Shown piece by piece: positions 60,961 through 64,000 of a DNA stretch of 64,000 nucleotides (the stretch's first letter is position 1; every line of letters begins with the position of its first letter). The position numbers and the translations under genes are program-made. The notes below the pieces were generated by a model. It had not been told where the DNA came from. It saw nothing but the letters and a program-made list of their open reading frames with translations, and ran no database searches. This DNA is from Chitinophagales bacterium (GTDB taxonomy: Bacteria > Bacteroidota > Bacteroidia > Chitinophagales > Chitinophagaceae): NCBI GenBank assembly GCA_031424995.1, contig JANPIP010000041.1, positions 1,077 through 65,076 on the forward strand, in the 5' to 3' direction.

Positions 60961-61357
60961 TAATTGCGTATAAATTCCTATCTATATTATTCGCAGTAAG
61001 GTCTTAAAAATCACAGAACGCAATAATTTTTTTTTGCAAGATGACATCTGCACCATTTATAGTATGGTATTTCATTAAATGATGCTGTAGAAAACGTATA
61101 ATACAGGCATAAAAATAGCCCTGATAGAAATCAGGGCCCTTTTTCAACCCTAAACCCTTAAAAAACTTAATCAAATGTAGTGTGCCAATTTGTTATTAGC
61201 AATTAAATGTGAAGAATTAACCATATGGTTAATTCTTTAAAGAACTGCTATTTAAAAAGCATATTAAGTGCTTATGTACAACCTTTACGCAGGCTTTATT
61301 TATGGCTTGGTTGCTTTTGCTGCGCTACTACAAGCCATATAAAAAAGGCTAAAGCAC

Positions 61358-61462
61358 CACGCAACTTTTTTCATGCAACTTTTAAAAGTTGCGCGTAAAA
61401 AGTTGCGGGCAGGCGTAACTTTTTTTATGCAACAAAAAAAAGTTGCATGAAAAAAGTTGCGT
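61358..61462. repeat. Nested palindrome built from 8 copies of the GCAACTTTT/AAAAGTTGC motif
   Basis: The perfect 26-nt arms CACGCAACTTTTTTCATGCAACTTTT (61358-61383) and AAAAGTTGCATGAAAAAAGTTGCGTG (61437-61462) enclose further inverted copies. Confidence 0.85.
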
Positions 61463-61683
61463 GCAGAATAGTGGATGGAAGCGCAGATTTTTGAGACTTG
61501 GAGTTGTTTGCGATTTAGGTATATTAACAAGGCGGTTTAAGCACCTTAAATAACCGCTTTCGGTTAGTCGGGGTTAATCATCTTAAGCCGTAATTGCATC
61601 CCGAAGGCAGATAACTTCTTAAAGATAATTTTGCCCAAGAATTGCTATTTTCTAATCTTGCCAAAGCCCTTTACGCTTTCTTT

Positions 61684-62139
61684 ATGAAACATATCAAAGT
61701 AATAATACTTTTCTTTTTTGTTGTCGGTTTTACATCTTGTGATTACACTATGTATGTTGCAGTTCGCAATTATAGAGAACCTGGTAGAGTTAATGTAACC
61801 TATCAAAAAACAGGCAATACCTTTTTTAACAATGATACTTTGTTGTTAAACCGTATAGGCAATTCAACAAAGTTTGACAGTTCATTGCTTCGTGTTAACA
61901 CTTCTAAAGACTCATATTATTTTATTGCACCCCGGGAAAAGGAAATTGGGTTAAGGCCCATCTCGTTAGGACAACCAATAACGCAAGTTCACCTTGTGAA
62001 TTCATCGGATTCATCATGGACAATAAATCTTTGGGATAGAAAAGAGTTTAAGAAACTAAAGAAGTTGGGGCGGATCAGGACGAAGGGTTTTATATTCACG
62101 ACTTCTATATTTATTGAAAACAAAAAATACGATAGCTAA
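61684..62139 (+). CDS. Hypothetical lipoprotein
   Basis: MKHIKVIILFFFVVGFTSC lipobox. The start is taken at 61684. Confidence 0.5.
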   Translation: MKHIKVIILFFFVVGFTSCDYTMYVAVRNYREPGRVNVTYQKTGNTFFNNDTLLLNRIGNSTKFDSSLLRVNTSKDSYYFIAPREKEIGLRPISLGQPITQVHLVNSSDSSWTINLWDRKEFKKLKKLGRIRTKGFIFTTSIFIENKKYDS

Positions 62140-62193
62140 AAGGCGTATCATTTAAAGGAATGGTAATTGCAGGCAAGCTGGTAACCTTTTAAT

Positions 62194-62502
62194 ATGAAAA
62201 CTGTTTACAGTGAATCCGAATTGGTTGCTGCTTTAAAAACCGGCAGTCCACTTGCTTTTGAATTTTTGTATGATACCTATTCGCCTGCATTGTATGGCTA
62301 TTTGTTGCAAATGGGCGAAGATAAACTTGCCGCTGAAAAAATACTAATAAGGACATTTATACGTATGAAATCTCATTTTAAAGAACTCACAAACCTTAAT
62401 GGTAGGCTTTTTACCATCATGGTGCAATTGCTGCACAAAGAAGTTCCTAAAGCGGTATCACTTTATCCGCCCCGCAATGCTGCTATTCTTCCAGCGGTTT
62501 AA
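62194..62502 (+). CDS. Sigma-70 region-2-only protein (truncated ECF sigma or stand-alone domain)
   Basis: ELVAALKTGSPLAFEFLYDTYSPALYGYLL matches an ECF region 2 N-terminus. The ORF stops after 102 aa without a region 4 HTH. Confidence 0.45.
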   Translation: MKTVYSESELVAALKTGSPLAFEFLYDTYSPALYGYLLQMGEDKLAAEKILIRTFIRMKSHFKELTNLNGRLFTIMVQLLHKEVPKAVSLYPPRNAAILPAV

Positions 62503-63590
62503 AAATTTGCAAACCCCAGGTGTTGCATTAATGCCACAGGTAGTTTGGGCATTTTCTTTCGCTCAATTAAAAAAGTGGCTAAGCCTGATAAGTCTTTATA
62601 AATAAAATGCTTGCCTAATGCACCTTCCAAATACCCTGCGCCTGAAGTGTTTCCTGTACCTACACGCATCCCAATCATACGCCTAACCATGATTAAATGT
62701 TTATGCCTCCAGTTGCTTAACAGGTGGTCAATTTCTATTAAAGCATCCAGTATTTGGTAAGAGGTTTGAAATAAAGGAAAATCCCTGTAAAGCATAATAA
62801 AAAGCGCTGAACGCAAAGCCTTGGCGGAGAAATTATGGGTAAGCTGCGTTGCTTGTTTATCAATGGTTCCAGAGGATTTCGCTTCAAAAAAAATAGCAGT
62901 AAAGTCCTGTAGTTTTGGTAATTCTCTTTCTGATAATCCTGCCGCATAAATATTGTGGTAATCATTCCAGAAAGGATGTTCATGAACGCCCTGTGCTGTA
63001 GTTGTTTGATATTCCTGCCATAATGATGTTTCAAAAAAAGGCATTCTTTCCAGCCAGTTGTTTACGAGTTGCTGCATGTTTTCACCAGCTTCTGTATCAT
63101 TGATATATTTAAAATCTGTGGTGGTAAAGCCGCCTTCATTCACTCTTTTATAATAATCTTTCTGGTGCCTGTTATCCATTTGTAAACCAAGCGTGGCTTC
63201 AATTAACCTGAACTGCTTGCTCTGAAAACCAGAAGAAGGACTTAACAGGTTCCTGAATTCAAGGAAGTCAAGCGGTGTCATCGTATCAAGAATATCTACC
63301 TGGTTATTGAGCAACTGCATAATTTTTATGACCCTGTTTAAACGATGGCGCACAAGGTTCAGGTCTTCTGAATTATCGTTGATCGTGTCCTTCTTAAAAA
63401 CTGAAATGCAGTAATCCAGTTCAAACAGTATTTGTTTAAACCACAGTTCATAAGCCTGGTGTATCACTATAAAAAGAAACTCATCGTGTGCAGGTGTTTC
63501 GCCTTCTTTGGTAAAGCTTACAGGGTGCTGGCTGTTAAGTATTTTTTCAAGCTGCAGGTAGGTTCCGTAATACATTGGTGCGGTTTCCAT
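62499..63590 (-). CDS. kynA: Tryptophan 2,3-dioxygenase
   Basis: YGTYLQLEKILNSQHP...HDEFLFIVIHQAYELWFKQILFELD and GTGNTSGAGYL motifs, 363 aa. Confidence 0.85.
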   Translation of the reverse strand: METAPMYYGTYLQLEKILNSQHPVSFTKEGETPAHDEFLFIVIHQAYELWFKQILFELDYCISVFKKDTINDNSEDLNLVRHRLNRVIKIMQLLNNQVDILDTMTPLDFLEFRNLLSPSSGFQSKQFRLIEATLGLQMDNRHQKDYYKRVNEGGFTTTDFKYINDTEAGENMQQLVNNWLERMPFFETSLWQEYQTTTAQGVHEHPFWNDYHNIYAAGLSERELPKLQDFTAIFFEAKSSGTIDKQATQLTHNFSAKALRSALFIMLYRDFPLFQTSYQILDALIEIDHLLSNWRHKHLIMVRRMIGMRVGTGNTSGAGYLEGALGKHFIYKDLSGLATFLIERKKMPKLPVALMQHLGFANF

Positions 63591-63715
63591 AATAATATTT
63601 TATCTGGTAAATTCTCAAAACTTTAGTTAGGTTACCTGTTTTTGGCAGCAGGGTTTGGGCGGCAATATTACATAAAGTTAAAGCGGCAGTTTTAAGCTTT
63701 GTAAGGGGTACAAAA

Positions 63716-63756
63716 TAAAAAATCTCCATCGTTTTAAAAAGATGGAGATTTTTTGA
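63716..63756 (-). terminator. Intrinsic terminator downstream of the small minus-strand ORF
   Basis: AAAAATCTCCATC-N10-GATGGAGATTTTTT, flanked by T runs on the minus strand. Confidence 0.7.
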
Positions 63757-63777
63757 TGCATGCAAATAAAACCAAAA

Positions 63778-63885
63778 TTACCTGTTAAGTACAGTGAAGG
63801 TTATTGCAGCAATCACAAGGGTCATGATGGCAATAATAACGCCATACGCAAACCTGTCTTCGGAGTTTGAGTGTGTGTGTTCCAT
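63778..63885 (-). CDS. Possible 35-aa single-pass membrane peptide
   Basis: MEHTHSNSEDRFAYGVIIAIMTLVIAAITFTVLNR is followed by a good terminator. It falls below the ORF-track cutoff. Confidence 0.3.
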   Translation of the reverse strand: MEHTHSNSEDRFAYGVIIAIMTLVIAAITFTVLNR

Positions 63886-64000
63886 GGCAAAAAACATTTT
63901 AGGTGAATAATGGGGTAAATGTTCTTCAAGGATAATTGGGGTGATGTTGTGCTAAAACCATGCAAGAAGGAAGGCCAATCGGGGGAATCGTTATTTCTGC

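Noticed and set aside
61300-61530. A 76-aa ORF on the minus strand.
   Set aside because: It spans the nested palindrome, so its peptide is internally mirrored (ARNFFHATFF... / ARNFLRATFK...). It is an artefact of the inverted repeats.

Overview
The window looks like a chromosomal segment from a Bacteroidota bacterium, possibly Chitinophagaceae or Sphingobacteriia-like, at a by-eye GC of roughly 40%. Supporting signs are a T9SS C-terminal sorting domain, bshC, DUF4369-TlpA proteins, no Shine-Dalgarno sequences and a TAnnTTTG-type -7 box. About 60 protein genes can be supported. No rRNA, tRNA or CRISPR was seen.

The core is a tryptophan operon, trpE-G-D-C-F-[orphan gene]-B-A, preceded by a WWW leader peptide and an attenuator. 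It is fused head-to-tail to hisH-A-F-IE. Other housekeeping genes are a DEAD-box helicase, rimO, bshC, rpsO-pnp, ahcY, icd and kynA. There are also three two-component modules, an ECF sigma module, glycosyltransferases and envelope proteins.

The non-coding landscape is the unusual part:
- CCCC-N4-GGGG G-rich mini-palindromes sit in frame inside trp and his genes.
- A GTCAACC heptamer block occurs in two unrelated CDSs.
- An ~80-bp repeat family occupies three intra-operon spacers.
- There are two 21-bp tandem arrays and one 41-bp tandem array.
- A RAYT (IS200-like Y1 transposase) is flanked by REP palindromes.
- Two dense arrays of G(C/T)AAC-type motifs lie in promoter regions.

The best candidate for an undescribed system is an AT-richer two-gene cassette at 53414-54334. 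It encodes a 70-aa Gly-rich protein followed by a proteasome-beta/HslV-like Ntn hydrolase with Ser as the predicted N-terminal nucleophile, next to an Lrp regulator and the RAYT/REP patch.

All family calls were made by eye from motifs. No database search was possible.
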